Assembly (NCBI GenBank): GCA_038496445.1
Contig: JALMLS010000550.1
Coordinates: 16,941-80,940 of the forward strand
DNA length: 64,000 bases
DNA from: Trichosphaerium sp. ATCC 40318
Lineage: Eukaryota > Protista > Tubulinea
Direction: 5' to 3'
Positions 24,892 through 36,752 of this stretch are shown here, in pieces; the stretch's first letter is position 1; every line of letters begins with the position of its first letter. The notes below the pieces were generated by a model. The model did not search any database. It worked only from the letters and a program-made list of their open reading frames with translations, and was not told the DNA's origin. Both the position numbers and the translations under genes were made by a program.

Positions 24892-26123
24892 ATGTACAAC
24901 ACACAAGCTGTTGTATCTTTCTGTTTTGTAGTCGCATTCATGCAACTAGCAGTCGCTCAGACTCTAGTACATGAATTTAACCTTGACGGCAACCTATCAG
25001 ATAGCATTGGTAATGGGTACGCTGGAAACGCCTTTTGAATGAGTTTCTGACTGTTTCTCGAAATAGAAACTTAACAATAGGCATACCAGAGGTCTACAAC
25101 ATGACAGAGGGCTGTCTAGAGCTTCCAGCTGCTACAAACCCATTCCTGATACTAAACAACCCTGTCGCGCTTATAAACAACCCATACACTATTGTGATAC
25201 AACTTGCTATTGATATACCGACTACCACCGAGTGGGGGAGAATCCTTGGATGGGATTCTACCACGGATAATGGATTTTACGCTAACAGGCAAAAACTTAC
25301 TATTGCTGGATCAGAAGGTTCTAGTACTATTGATTCGCTTCAAAGTGGTTTCATGTCAATCTTTTTCGCGTACGTCAGCAACCAAATTGAGTTCAAAAAC
25401 ACATGTTCAGTTAACTAACATTTCGTTCATTTCAGGTATGATCCGTCAACACGAAGTACTTCTTATGGTATTATTGAAGATTCATCAATACTGGTATCAA
25501 CTATCAGTTCTACTTTACCAACTATTACAGATAATGTACGAATATTGACAGATGAAACTAGTGGTGGCGGAACCGAGCATTTTAAGTCTTGTGTGTATAC
25601 GTTGATGTTCTATTCTGGAGATTTTATTCCAACACTGAACGCACCCCCATTTACTAGGCGTCCGAGTGCTCCAACTACTATACCTCCGACTACTGCGTCT
25701 CCGACTACTACGCCTCCAACTACTGCGCCTCCAACTACTGCGCCTCCAACTACTGCGCCTCCGACTACTGCGCCTCCAACTACTGCGCCTCCAACTACTA
25801 TACCTCCGACTACTGCGCCTCCGACTACTGCGCCTCCAACTACTGCGCCTCCGACTATACCTCGGACTACAACACCAACTACTACACCTCCAACTACTGT
25901 GACTCCAAATACTACCCCAACAACCGAACCGCCAACTGCTACTCCAACTGTACCTCCAACCACTCTAACAGGTGTAATTCAAACAAATGCACCTACTTCT
26001 GTATCGCCTACAACTATTTCTCCAACGACTGATCAAACACCGGGAGCAATATCTTGCTCTTACATTTCAATACCTTCACTAACTGTGTTGTTTGTTACTA
26101 TGTTTGCATTACTTGTATTATAA
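24892..26123 (+). CDS. Secreted/GPI-anchored mucin-like surface protein with LamG/ConA-like N-terminal domain
   Basis: Signal peptide; TLVHEFNLDGNLSDSIGNG is a typical LamG-like start; two introns; (PPTTA)n stalk; hydrophobic C-terminus with no cytoplasmic tail. Confidence 0.7.
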
Positions 26124-26379
26124 TAAAGTCTTGCACATGTTTGTTTTATTGTGTCTTTAATGCCTTGTCAAACTTTAAATTTAGTACGTACAGCTCCAAG
26201 GAAAGGCAAGTTAAAATAAAGCAATAAAGTACGGTGTCGTGTGACGTAATAAGTCACCATACTCTGAACCTTTCATTAGGATTTTTTCTTTTCTTGTTGT
26301 TTTCTTAGCTGTTGTCAACTCCTGAGATTCTAGGACTAACAGACGGATATGTTTGACACTTATAGCGTTGATGCTCCTT

Positions 26380-27262
26380 CAAGACGCTCACTGACTTTGA
26401 AGAGTCTTGGCAAGCAAGTTGATTTGTGATAATTGCTGGAACGCCTCGGATCTATGAAAACGAAAGTAATCCCCTACAAGGTTGGAACTTTGAAGCAAAG
26501 GTTGTAATGTGATGGTAGTAATATCAAGAAACACACCAATATTGCTTTTGATATTACTCTAAAAAAAATACATCTTCGTCCAAAGTGGTAACTGGTTCTA
26601 TAAAGAATAAGAAGAGATGTGAAACCACAGCACGTTTTGAAGACTTGTGGCTTACCAAGTACTTGAAATAGATTTCAATTATGCTTTGAGGGTGATTCAA
26701 ACAGTGAGAGCTTCACCAATAGTAACACAACGCCAATAACAACAGAAATCTATGTGAGCTAGTTACAAAAAGCGAAAAGAAGGAAAAAGAAAACAACATA
26801 TCACGCTGTTAGTGTTGGTACCTTGTGGGAACAAAAAAGAACCCTGAAGTTGTAATTCTCCTTTAACAATCATAGTACAATTGTCAATATCAATACTTGG
26901 ATTTTCTGTTGTGATTGTACTCTCGCAGGAAGAGATTTTATACTGAATCTGACGCAAGTGGATTTTGGTAACTAGTCACATATTAACCTGTGCTGCCATA
27001 CCCACCAATGGATGACATTTTGTGAGCGAAGGTCGGGTTCTTGTCCCAAGCGAAGAGATGGGCCGACTGAAAGCGAACAGTGCTCTATGTTGGCTTGCAT
27101 TCGCTGTCCCATACTCGAATAGTGTTAAATCGAAACTGGGAATACAAAGAATCCACTTGAGTGGATATTGGTGCATATTTTGTGGAAAAATATGTCATCT
27201 GCTGTACTCTCAGAACCCTTTTCAAGTACGATTGTATGCTTTGATCTATCAGTACCCGTTCC
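26380..27262 (-). pseudogene. Surface-protein gene fragment interrupted by MITE family 2
   Basis: Removing 26925-27202 plus one TSD copy restores the frame GTDRSKHTIVLEKGSEST-ITTENPSIDIDNCTMIVKGELQLQG. Confidence 0.6.
26925..27202. mobile_element. MITE family 2, MULE-like, 9-bp TSD TGTACTCTC
   Basis: Interior matches 23160-23404. TGTACTCTC at 26916-26924 and 27203-27211. Ends GCAG...CTGC. Confidence 0.85.
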
Positions 27263-27734
27263 CTACAATAATAAAACGTGAGTTTTTCAAATGACCGCTA
27301 CAATAAGTCTAATTTTTTCAAGATAAACACGAAGGACTACACTTCAACGGCTTATTGGAGGAACGCTAACACTAGGCATTGTCATTAAGCGTTCTTTGCC
27401 ATTTCTGTACGGCCGCATGGCTTAAAAACCAAACTTTTCCAGCCTTTGCTATGGTATAAAACGAGCGCGAACATGTGTATTGTAGCGTAAGAATCCTTTT
27501 TTGTAAATGACTGACTTAACACTGTAAATTTTCTGTACTTCCTTAAGGAGTATACTCCTTTTAATACATACTAACAAACCAATGTGGATACCTACACACT
27601 TCCGTATTTATGTCAATACTCAAAGACAGCCGAATCACATAGCCACAAATAAAAACTAAAAAAACTGTTTCCAAACTACCAAAAGGACGCTCGTGATTCT
27701 TTTTTTACATTCACTTTCCGTATTATCTTCACCC

Positions 27735-29784
27735 ATGCGCACCCTCTTATTATTATCACTAGTAATCATTTTCTGTACGAGTACGTTCCCAAACGATAAG
27801 ACATTTAAAAGCTACAAAAATGACACGTGCTCTTCCAACACTGTTGTAGGTATCCTAGTACTGTCTCATGACGTACACTCACATGGTACGTACTATTTCC
27901 TCTTTACAGAACCACTATATTTACACCTACCATAGACACCAGCGGATGTGCTTATACTCACAGTAGCCGCAACAACATCATTGACGCTAAAGAAATCTTA
28001 AAAAATCGCGCAAAGAAAAGGGCTGTTCAAGGGACTGTACCTTCAAAATTAAACGTTGTATACGCCGACGGAGTATCTCAAGATTTTCAAAAAGAATTCA
28101 GCGCTGCAGCAGCGATATGGGTACCGCTTCCATCAAACCAAAAAAGCTGTAAACTAAACCCATTTGCACTTAGGAAACTATCATCGAAAGTTCCGGTGTC
28201 AATGTTACGATTAACTTTGCTACAACAGATCAACTTCCTACAGGCGTACTAGGCTCTACAGATGCAGTAGAGATGACAGTATTTGTTAATGATGTTCTGT
28301 ACGTCGAATACTTTTTTAAAACTAATAGTCACGTGATAAACACGTTTTTTCTAACAATAGTTCTAGTAATTTCTTAGAGCCAAATCTTGGCCTTCCACCG
28401 AATACAATTCAATCACCTATTGCTTGGAAGAAACCTGATAGCCTTTTTCTGGATGATTTTATTGTTGGTACAAAGGCAAACTACAAGGTATCATCATAGA
28501 TGTCGATAAAATTCCTAACTGCTTGCAAAGTTGCTTTTTGGTTCGAAAGATCTTGACAACGATTTTGGTGATAGTGACGGAAGTATAGTCTTTAGTAGCA
28601 CTATTGACTTTGACTTTGATCTTACTGATGGTGTCGAGCCTGGAAAGAGACCTTTATTGAACGTTGCATGGCATGAAATTGGACATCTTCTTGGTTTCAC
28701 ATCAGGCGTTGACAAAAGTGCGAACCAGAAAACAACCAAAGCTAACTCTGACTTTCTGTTTTAGTTGAGTTTTTTCTTGTGAACCCACAGTTGAATGAAA
28801 CAGTTGTTGAGGCTAGAATACTTGATATCTTTCGCGTTCCTGAAGGCGGTACTGATTTATCTGGAGTAAGATCTCTGATACCAGGTTCGATTGTATACCA
28901 CGTGGCGTTGACTAAATTTGGTTTAGGTGAAAACGTCACTTTTCTAAGGACAGATGGCTTTGTTGGTCCAAATTATTCTACTGGAATGCAACTAGGAGAT
29001 GGAAGACAAGCAAGTCATTGGGAAGATAATAAAGGCTTTGGTACGAACTTAATTTTACACTGAAGAGCAAAACGTGGATTTCCTTTACACCTTTAAGTTG
29101 TTATTAGAAATGTTACAACATTAATAACGCTTACTAGGTATGATGGATCCTACAATTGGATCAGGTGAAGTAACTGGAATAACAGAGAATGATTTATTAG
29201 CGTTCAGACAGCTGGGATTCTTTGTAAACTGTTCGTTCAACAAAGAAGATCAACGACTTTTTTTTTTCCTAACTCTTGTTAGTCGCACAAAAACCAGTTG
29301 TATTCTTTGTAAATGTCACATCAGATATTCCTCCAACTTCTTCACCATTAGACGCGAATCCTGGTTCTGAGCTTGTTATTAATGGCTTGTTCTTTTACGA
29401 TTATGACCTGAAGTGTATCTTCGACAACGGACAAAACTCGACAGCAATATCAAGCCATCAAAATGGCCAACTGGTACGGTTCTAGCTTTTCAGAGTGTAA
29501 GCTTTATTTCTTTATTTATTTCTTGCTAGACATGCGTTGTACCTGCAACAGTCATTGGTGATATATCTTCATTCAGTGTATCTTCACAAGGTCTACAAAG
29601 CGATATCATGGCTTTTAGTGTAGATGAAACTCCTAAAGAAGTACCTACATCAGAACCAACTGATGCGCCAACGGAACAAACAACACAACCACCATCTATG
29701 ACTGTAGCACCTAGTTCCGCTTTTAAAACATACATATCTCTAAGCTTGTTGTACACACTAGCAGTTGTATACCTTGTTATCTAA
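27735..29784 (+). CDS. Secreted zinc metalloprotease (HEIGHLLGF, NF038122-like) with IPT/TIG-like domain and C-terminal membrane/GPI anchor; many introns
   Basis: Signal peptide; HEIGHLLGFTSGVD; GDGRQASHWED; MMDPTIGSGE..ITENDLLAFRQLG (Met-turn); PGSELVINGLFF..LKCIFD; P/T stalk; hydrophobic end. Confidence 0.8.
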
Positions 29785-29932
29785 ATGAGAGGTTGAATAA
29801 GTAATAGTCTCAAACTCAAAAAATAAAATGTTCTATCTATGTGGTTCTTACTTTATTGGTTTTTGAGACTCAGCTTTTTAAAGTCTCATCTAAAAATACA
29901 ATGGTTCTTATAATTACACTCCAGGCCAGTGA

Positions 29933-31658
29933 TTAATCTTCAAATACTGCTGTACGACATTGTACAGCAAATGCTTCTGGTGGTTGATTTTCTTGTTTTT
30001 TTCTGTTTTGGTTTTTATTTTTTTCTTTGAAAGGTTCTCCTTCAATGCAGTCACACTTCCGTGTTGTTGTATAGATGTCATGTTGTTTGTGCAAAGGTTT
30101 TGTAGCTTGATGATTTTTTCAACCAGTTGGTAGTACGCTCTCTTTGTGGGACAGTAGAGGTACCATTAATAGACGTGTCATTAACCGAAGAATAGACTTG
30201 AGAATCATGGACTTCATCACCATCAGGATCTGGTAGACCATCTTCAAGAGCGGCCTTTTTCCATACCCAACGAGCATATATAACCACACCAACAACTACA
30301 GCAATCTAAAACAAAAACTACGTAAGAAAAAGCCGAAAAAAACAAAAACAAACAAGCGTACAGTTACAAAGACTTCTACGCCAAGAATAGCATATTCAGC
30401 AGGTGTAAACTTCAATTTACCGCAGCTAATATCACTTAAGGACTTGACCCGAGATCCAACAAAAGTTAAGGCGAGTTCAACAGGAGCCAAGGTCAAAACA
30501 CTCGTCTGAAAGAAAATGTTAATAGAAGTCCAAAAAAAAAAAAAAAAAAAAAAGAAAAACAACTTCTCCACACGCACAATAAAGCAAGGAAGGAAAAATA
30601 TGTTAGACACAGCAAGTATAGCGTTCTGAACGCCAAATGTAATAGGTAAAAATCTCGTCAGGATAGTAAATTTAAGCGGATGTCGTTCAAGAAGTTCTGA
30701 CATTATTGACAGCTTCCTAATAAGGTCAATTATCAGATAAACCATTTTGTAAATCACGTGATAATTAATACCAAAGCGTACTTATTTTTTTGTATATAAG
30801 CTAGTAGTTGAGCATGAAAACATGTCCTACACGAGAAGAGTTATACACTTAAACCTTCAAAAGGCGTGAAAAAAAGTTGTTTACCTTAAAATCGGAAACA
30901 CTATAAGCATGCTTAATGTACTTCCTCCTGCAGCTGTAGCAAGACCATACCATATACCTATATTTATTTAGTATACGTCTATACCAAAAAAATCCAAAAA
31001 CAAGACCTACATACCGTACAAAAAGCCACAAGCGCTAAACAAAAATTGATTAAAAAAAAAGGATAACAAAAAAATGAAACGTCATATTTTCGCGTTGTAG
31101 TGAACACGTGACGAAATTACAAACAAATAAAAAGACGATTTGGCTGTCTTCAAGTGTCACCAAAAAATCAATTTAACTCAAATCCCTGATTTAAGTGTTC
31201 CGTACGTGCACAAAGCGATCCAAACTATTTGTTTGATGAGTTTTAACAACATGTGAACAATTGGGAATAAAAAGCGCACCAAATACAAAAGGAAACCCAG
31301 AAGGAATAAAAGCTGCCGCCAGTAGTACGTTTCCCCAAGGTCCAAGCATTTTTACGTACTTGAAAAACTAATCGCAAAAAAACAGGATGTCAGCTCCTTG
31401 TTTTGACGTTTTGTTTGTTTTAGACGTACCTTTTCCATGTATCCTGCCTTTCCTAGGTAATATAAAGCGCCTCCAGCCCCTCCAAAGAAAATTAAAGCAA
31501 AAATGACTTTTAGAACCGTCTTAGCCTATTATACCGTTAAATAAACGTTTTTTACAACAATAGAGGCGTACACTACAATATTTACATCGTCTCTTTTGTT
31601 TAATAGGTACGCTATGTTGCTCAACGTCATCCTCACGCTCATGAGTAGTTGGATTCAT
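29933..31658 (-). CDS. VTT/DedA-family (TVP38/TMEM64-like) membrane protein, multi-exon
   Basis: LTRFLPITFGVQNAILAVS and LAPVELALTFVGSRVKSLSDI motifs, several hydrophobic exons, ATG 31658. Confidence 0.75.
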
Positions 31659-31832
31659 TAAAGAATCAAAGAAATGTCAAACGACAAGCGAGGAAAAAAA
31701 GGTTTAAGGCACGACATTGCCAAAAGTGCCCTTAACTAAATTAGAAGGGACTATAATCTTTAGGCATTATTATAACAGTAATTAGGCACAGATAGCCTTC
31801 ACTGATTAGGATCTATGGCTGCTTTGCACATC

Positions 31833-32066
31833 GGTTTTGAATTGAATAACGCCATTTTGTGTTAGTGCTAAGCCTGATTTTTCGGGACGGTTTTCTGAAC
31901 ATATGTAGCCCTTTGCAACTCTGCAAGCTATACCGTGAGTATATCCTCATGCAGTGCTTAACATGAGAATAATAACAGAAAGTCACGTGCATGCTACAAA
32001 TTGGGAGTGGCTTTGTACAAGTAGGCTTAACGCTAAAATAGCATAGAGTTATTTCAGGTCAAATCC
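31833..32066. mobile_element. MITE family 1, diverged copy
   Basis: Interior aligns to 23911-24145; right TIR TTATTTCAGGTCAAATCC intact; flanks ATC/ATA. Confidence 0.75.
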
Positions 32067-32458
32067 ATAAATTACTGTTAACAGAATGGTAATTTTCTAA
32101 AACACGTGACTGTGAAAGTACATTCAAATCAATGACGTAAAGGTACTCTAAGTGTTTTAGTCAGTAAATAGGTAGTCTAAGGACTTACCACCTTTACATA
32201 GCAGCCAGTTTGTTTTACTTTTAGTGATGTTTTTTATTGTTTTATTGCCTCACCTTGCCTAGTACACTGTGATCTGGTATCACAGTTTGCATCTATTGAG
32301 GGATCACTTGTACCCACTGTAGGCATGTCAAGCACATTGAAATCATGTCCTCCTAAAAATACGTGTCGAAAATAAAATCTAAACATTAATGGTGAAAAAC
32401 ACTGTAGAAGTACAAACGGTGTCAATATACTAACTAAGGTGACGCTATGTAATGTATT

Positions 32459-34220
32459 TTAAAGAGCATTTTTACGTTTTGCTTTGATGACCTTGATACG
32501 TTCGAGTGGACTGAATTCAAGCTCTTTCAGCACTTCTGAGGTTATGTCACCAGGTTCAATACCTGCTTCATCCATCAATGATCCAAGTTCCTGTGCTCTT
32601 GCACTTGAAATACCCAACCTCATCAATGCCGACTTCCAATCAAATTTCTCAGTAGCAATTGATTGATTCTCTTGAGGTGGAAAGAAATCCGACTAAATAA
32701 ACATGATTAACTTCAATCATAAAATCAGAAAAAAGAGATAGGCCTTTGTGTCAGCAACTGAGACGTGAGGTTTGTCATTCCATGATTCTCGAGATAAGAA
32801 TACACTTTTATAGCTTGGTGAAGCAGGCTCAGGTTGTAATGTTAGAGATACATGTTCACCCTAAATCCTGTGAGCATAATTTTTTGGTTAATAGTGTAGT
32901 ACTTACATGAATGTATTCTTCTTGATTTTGGTGTATTTTTAAGGCTTCAAAAGCATCTTGAATCATATCAAGATGTTCAGGAGCATCTCCAAACTTGGTG
33001 TAATCACGATCGGTATCAATCACAGCTTTTGATAAGTACTTGTCTTTGTCTTCTTTTATATCGTCTTTATCTATGCTTGTTTTATTGACCTTGGTATTTC
33101 GTTGTTTAAGATGAGTTTGCTTAAATAATGTGTCAAATAAATAGATAAGGATATGAATAAGATGACAAAGTACCTTTTTGTGATTGCTGAATGTCAATTT
33201 TTGTGTTGAAGATTCTCCATAATCATTATCACCTCCTGTAACCAATCTGAAATCATGAGATATTGCCAAGTAATGATGTGATTTATTGGCAAACTCAAGA
33301 TATTTTCCAGGTAATTTTAATGGTTTGTTTGAATAGAACGAATCAATCCATTTCCCATCACCCCAACCAAACAAACAACCTTCATCATCAATCGCAAATG
33401 ATGACCAATAACCAGCATGGACAGATACGATGTTATTCAGTCCTTTGATGATACCTTGGCCGTACTTGTCATCAATACCCAACCCAAGACACCCACTGTA
33501 GTTGTATCCAAAAGAAAATACTTGTCCTGACTTGAGGAGAACAAGCACATGATAATCACCAATGGCAATATCAGTGGCATCTTCAATGTTTGGAACACAT
33601 GAAATTGTCTTTGGATTCAAGAATAATGCTTTATCGTTTGCTTCATCTTTTGTTGTTCCCCAAAGAAAGACATGACCTGTTGATGTCATTGCTCCACTTA
33701 CATACCGATTAGTTTGAATTTTTTGAATATTTTCAAGATGAGGAATGACTGTTGGCGATGTAACTTTCTCCTCGTCGAATGAATGACCCAATCCATGAAA
33801 TCTGTTGTCTCCCCAAGAGTAGACATGGCCTGAATGTGATAACGCCATACTCACATGATAGGCAGTGACTTTTGTGATATTGTTGAGATTTGGAACACGT
33901 CTTGGCGACGAAATAGGTGACTTGAAGTGACTCAGACCCAATGAACCGTATACATTACAGCCCCATGAATACACAATACCGTTTGAATCAACTGCAAGGT
34001 TATGTTCATATCCAGCAGCAATACATACGATATTTATGACTGACGTTATTGGTCTTGCGATAGAACTCTTTTTTTCGTCTGTATTACCCAATTGACGCTG
34101 ATCGTTTTGTCCCCACGTGTAAACGAAGCCATCGTCTGCGATTACCATTGAATGTGAGAAACCAGTGGCCAAACGGTTAACATATTGTAAATTAACCGAC
34201 AAAGTTTGTGGTTCTGCCAT
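32459..34220 (-). CDS. RCC1-repeat beta-propeller + linker + SAM-like C-terminal domain, paralog R1
   Basis: Repeated G.VYSWG.N..G.LG blades in a ~350-aa exon. Last exon is DWKSALMRLGISSARAQELGSLMDEAGIEPGDITSEVLKELEFSPLERIKVIKAK. Confidence 0.85.
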
Positions 34221-35328
34221 AATTTACGTGTATTGGCTGTTGTATTGTATCTAATATTTATGTTTTAACTACGACTTTGCTCCAGCTAAGCCTAGACCCA
34301 AGTTATTTCAATTTTTCAACATTCAAAACACGTGCTACCTCAAGTAGTGAAAATAAGCAAACAGACCTTTATTAACGCTGTTAAGGAACCTTTAATTTAA
34401 GCCACTTGTCAATACATCACAACTACTGAAGATATTATCTATCTCATTCAAGTTTTACTAGTATTTTCTAGAAAGTGAGTTTCTAACACTTTTAGCAGAT
34501 CTAGCAAGAACTGAAACTGTCACATGGCGTAGTGGCAATTCTGTCCTTCGTGTGCACTACAAAGCTATTGCATTACTGCCAAACACGGTATTAATGCCCC
34601 AAACACTATTTGCTGTATGTTTTGCTTCAAAACAACGCGCGTGCATAACTTACTAGCGCTACGCTTAGCGCCTACCCCACGCTAACAAAAGCGCTGTAGT
34701 AACACCCAAACAGCGAGGCATGTGTAATGACGTTAAAACCTCTCCACAACACCACCATCGTTGCTGTAGGCTTTGCAAACGCCGCCAGGTGTCAACTATG
34801 TTAACATGTAAATAAAAAAATTACTTTGGGTTTGATAAATCACGTGAGTTTGAAAAAGGTTGGATGAGCTGGACATGCGAGGGCAGATCACACACTTTTA
34901 AAAAGCGAGATTTGCAAGATCTGTCAGAAATATCAAATCCGCCAGCTCTGACAGATCGGGCGGAAATGGATTATTGCTAAAGTAGCCTGTCTCAAAACTT
35001 GAATGAAACAGACAATAAAACTATGACAGAATTGTTGGGTTGCCATGACACAGACCGTTTTGTTATTTAATACAAACTCAGAGAACAATGTATCACTATT
35101 CGACAACGTAAGAAATTGAGATGAAGGAAGGATCAATTATAACAAAGACACTATTCGGGTTAATAGTCATTTTGATGTTTGACTTGTTATGTGGTTTAGT
35201 ACATAAAAAAAGCATGCACACATGATTTCTACTCAGGTTTTTTTTTGGATGAACACGTGATCAAGAAAAAAAAAACGACATTTTCTTGTCGTAGGATTGT
35301 TTTATTTTTTTTCTTCTTTTTTTTTTTT

Positions 35329-36597
35329 TTACAATGGTTTCAATAGTTCCAATACACTACCATCAGCTTGAGTTACATTAACCCATGAATAATCAGCAGG
35401 AGTAAAGTTAATATCCATTGTTGCTACTCTACTATCAGGTATGTTATCAAGCTCAGAAGAAGAGATCCTCAAGCTAAAAAGAAAGTAAACAAACAAACAA
35501 CATTCAATGAACCAAAGTGATAAAAAAAAAAAAAAAGGAACGAAGACGTACTGGATGTCAGTGTTGACTGTCTTGCCTACACAACTACCAGTTCTCAAGT
35601 AGTAGTTCGACCATGTTTTGAACGCTCCTTGAGCATGACGACAACACTCATGTCCCTCTTCTGGACACTCAAGAGGCTTTGAATTCAATGGAGTAAGACT
35701 CAAACGAGCGTATAATGTTTCAACACATTTTGCGCTTGAGTACTTTGCTGGATCACATCGATCAGCAATAAGGTCCTCAATACTTGGTTGAACCTGAGTC
35801 TTTACACGGAAAAAGTACTCAAACTCATGATTACACATGTACAAGTCCTTATTCAGAATAACATTGTTAAAATAGTCCGTCATTCTAGGGTGAAAATATC
35901 AGCCAAAATAATTTCAAAGAAAATAAGAGCGAGACTCAGGATGTTTACAAAGGGGTAAATACGTACTCAGCAACTGAAAGAGGTACGGATCTGATTGACG
36001 AAAAGTCATTCGCGAAAGCTAGATTAGGATCCGTCAACTTGAAAGTCGTGTGTAAATCGGTGTTTACAGTCCTCAAAGGAACAGTAGTGGCGGTTTCAGC
36101 GAATTTAATACCGCGTTTACTAGTTTTACTCGTGTCGTCAGTGGTACTTAGAGTTATTGTAGGAGAAGCTGGCTTGACACCAATATCAGAGGCAACAGCT
36201 AATCGCAAATGGACTTTTACATCACCAGGTACAAGCCTTGGTACTACGCGGCGTAAGAAAATCTTCATCAACGGTTTTTGTTTTAAAATCCAATCAAAGC
36301 GTCTCTTAGACACTAAGTGCAACAATTTCACAAAGTTTTGTGGTGTGTACCTGTAAAGGCTCTGAGTAGAGGGTCTTCACGGTAGATAGTAGCAATAGAT
36401 GTAGCAATCTCTTTATCAGCCTATGTTGAAGCGGTTAGTTTTCGTTTCGGGCATGTATTGTGATTTTGGAGTACATTATAGCGACCTTCGGTTAATTCCA
36501 AGGATAGAGATTTTAACAAGTCAGCTGTTGTTGTAGCAGCGTATAAAACTGAAAAGAGACAAGTCAAAACGACTACGAGTGCAAGAAATTTTTGCAT
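35329..36597 (-). CDS. Secreted protein, DUF2589-cluster partner (gene 1 of 5)
   Basis: Signal peptide MQKFLALVVVLTCLFSVLYA. Spliced ADKEIATSIATIYREDPLLRAFTVPRLVPGDVKVHLRLAV, a Cys-rich segment, and C-terminus YSWVNVTQADGSVLELLKPL*. Confidence 0.75.
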
Positions 36598-36752
36598 GCT
36601 ACGCTATATTAGCTATAAATCGATTATTAAACAAGAGTACGTTGTTTTGAGGCGTGGCTAGCAACTTTGTAAAACTCTCGTGAACCCTTCGGGTTAGGTG
36701 GACTTAAATAGAAAAGGTGACTTACACTATTGTGAAACTATCGAAAAAAAAC
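36598..36752. promoter_or_regulatory. Bidirectional promoter of cluster genes 1/2
   Basis: 155 bp between divergent ATGs; contains CTCGTGAAC..TTCGGG (36677), also present in the second bidirectional promoter. Confidence 0.55.

Noticed and set aside
25610-25963. Gly/Val-rich ORFs on the opposite strand (also 20263-20565, 40100-40489, 1623-2129)
   Set aside because: Antisense shadows of Pro/Thr-rich or MORN repeats in real genes.
26916-27211. MITE acting as an introner (spliced out cleanly)
   Set aside because: GT/AG positions in the TSD (GAGAGTACA on the coding strand) would give +1 or -1 frameshifts, not precise removal.
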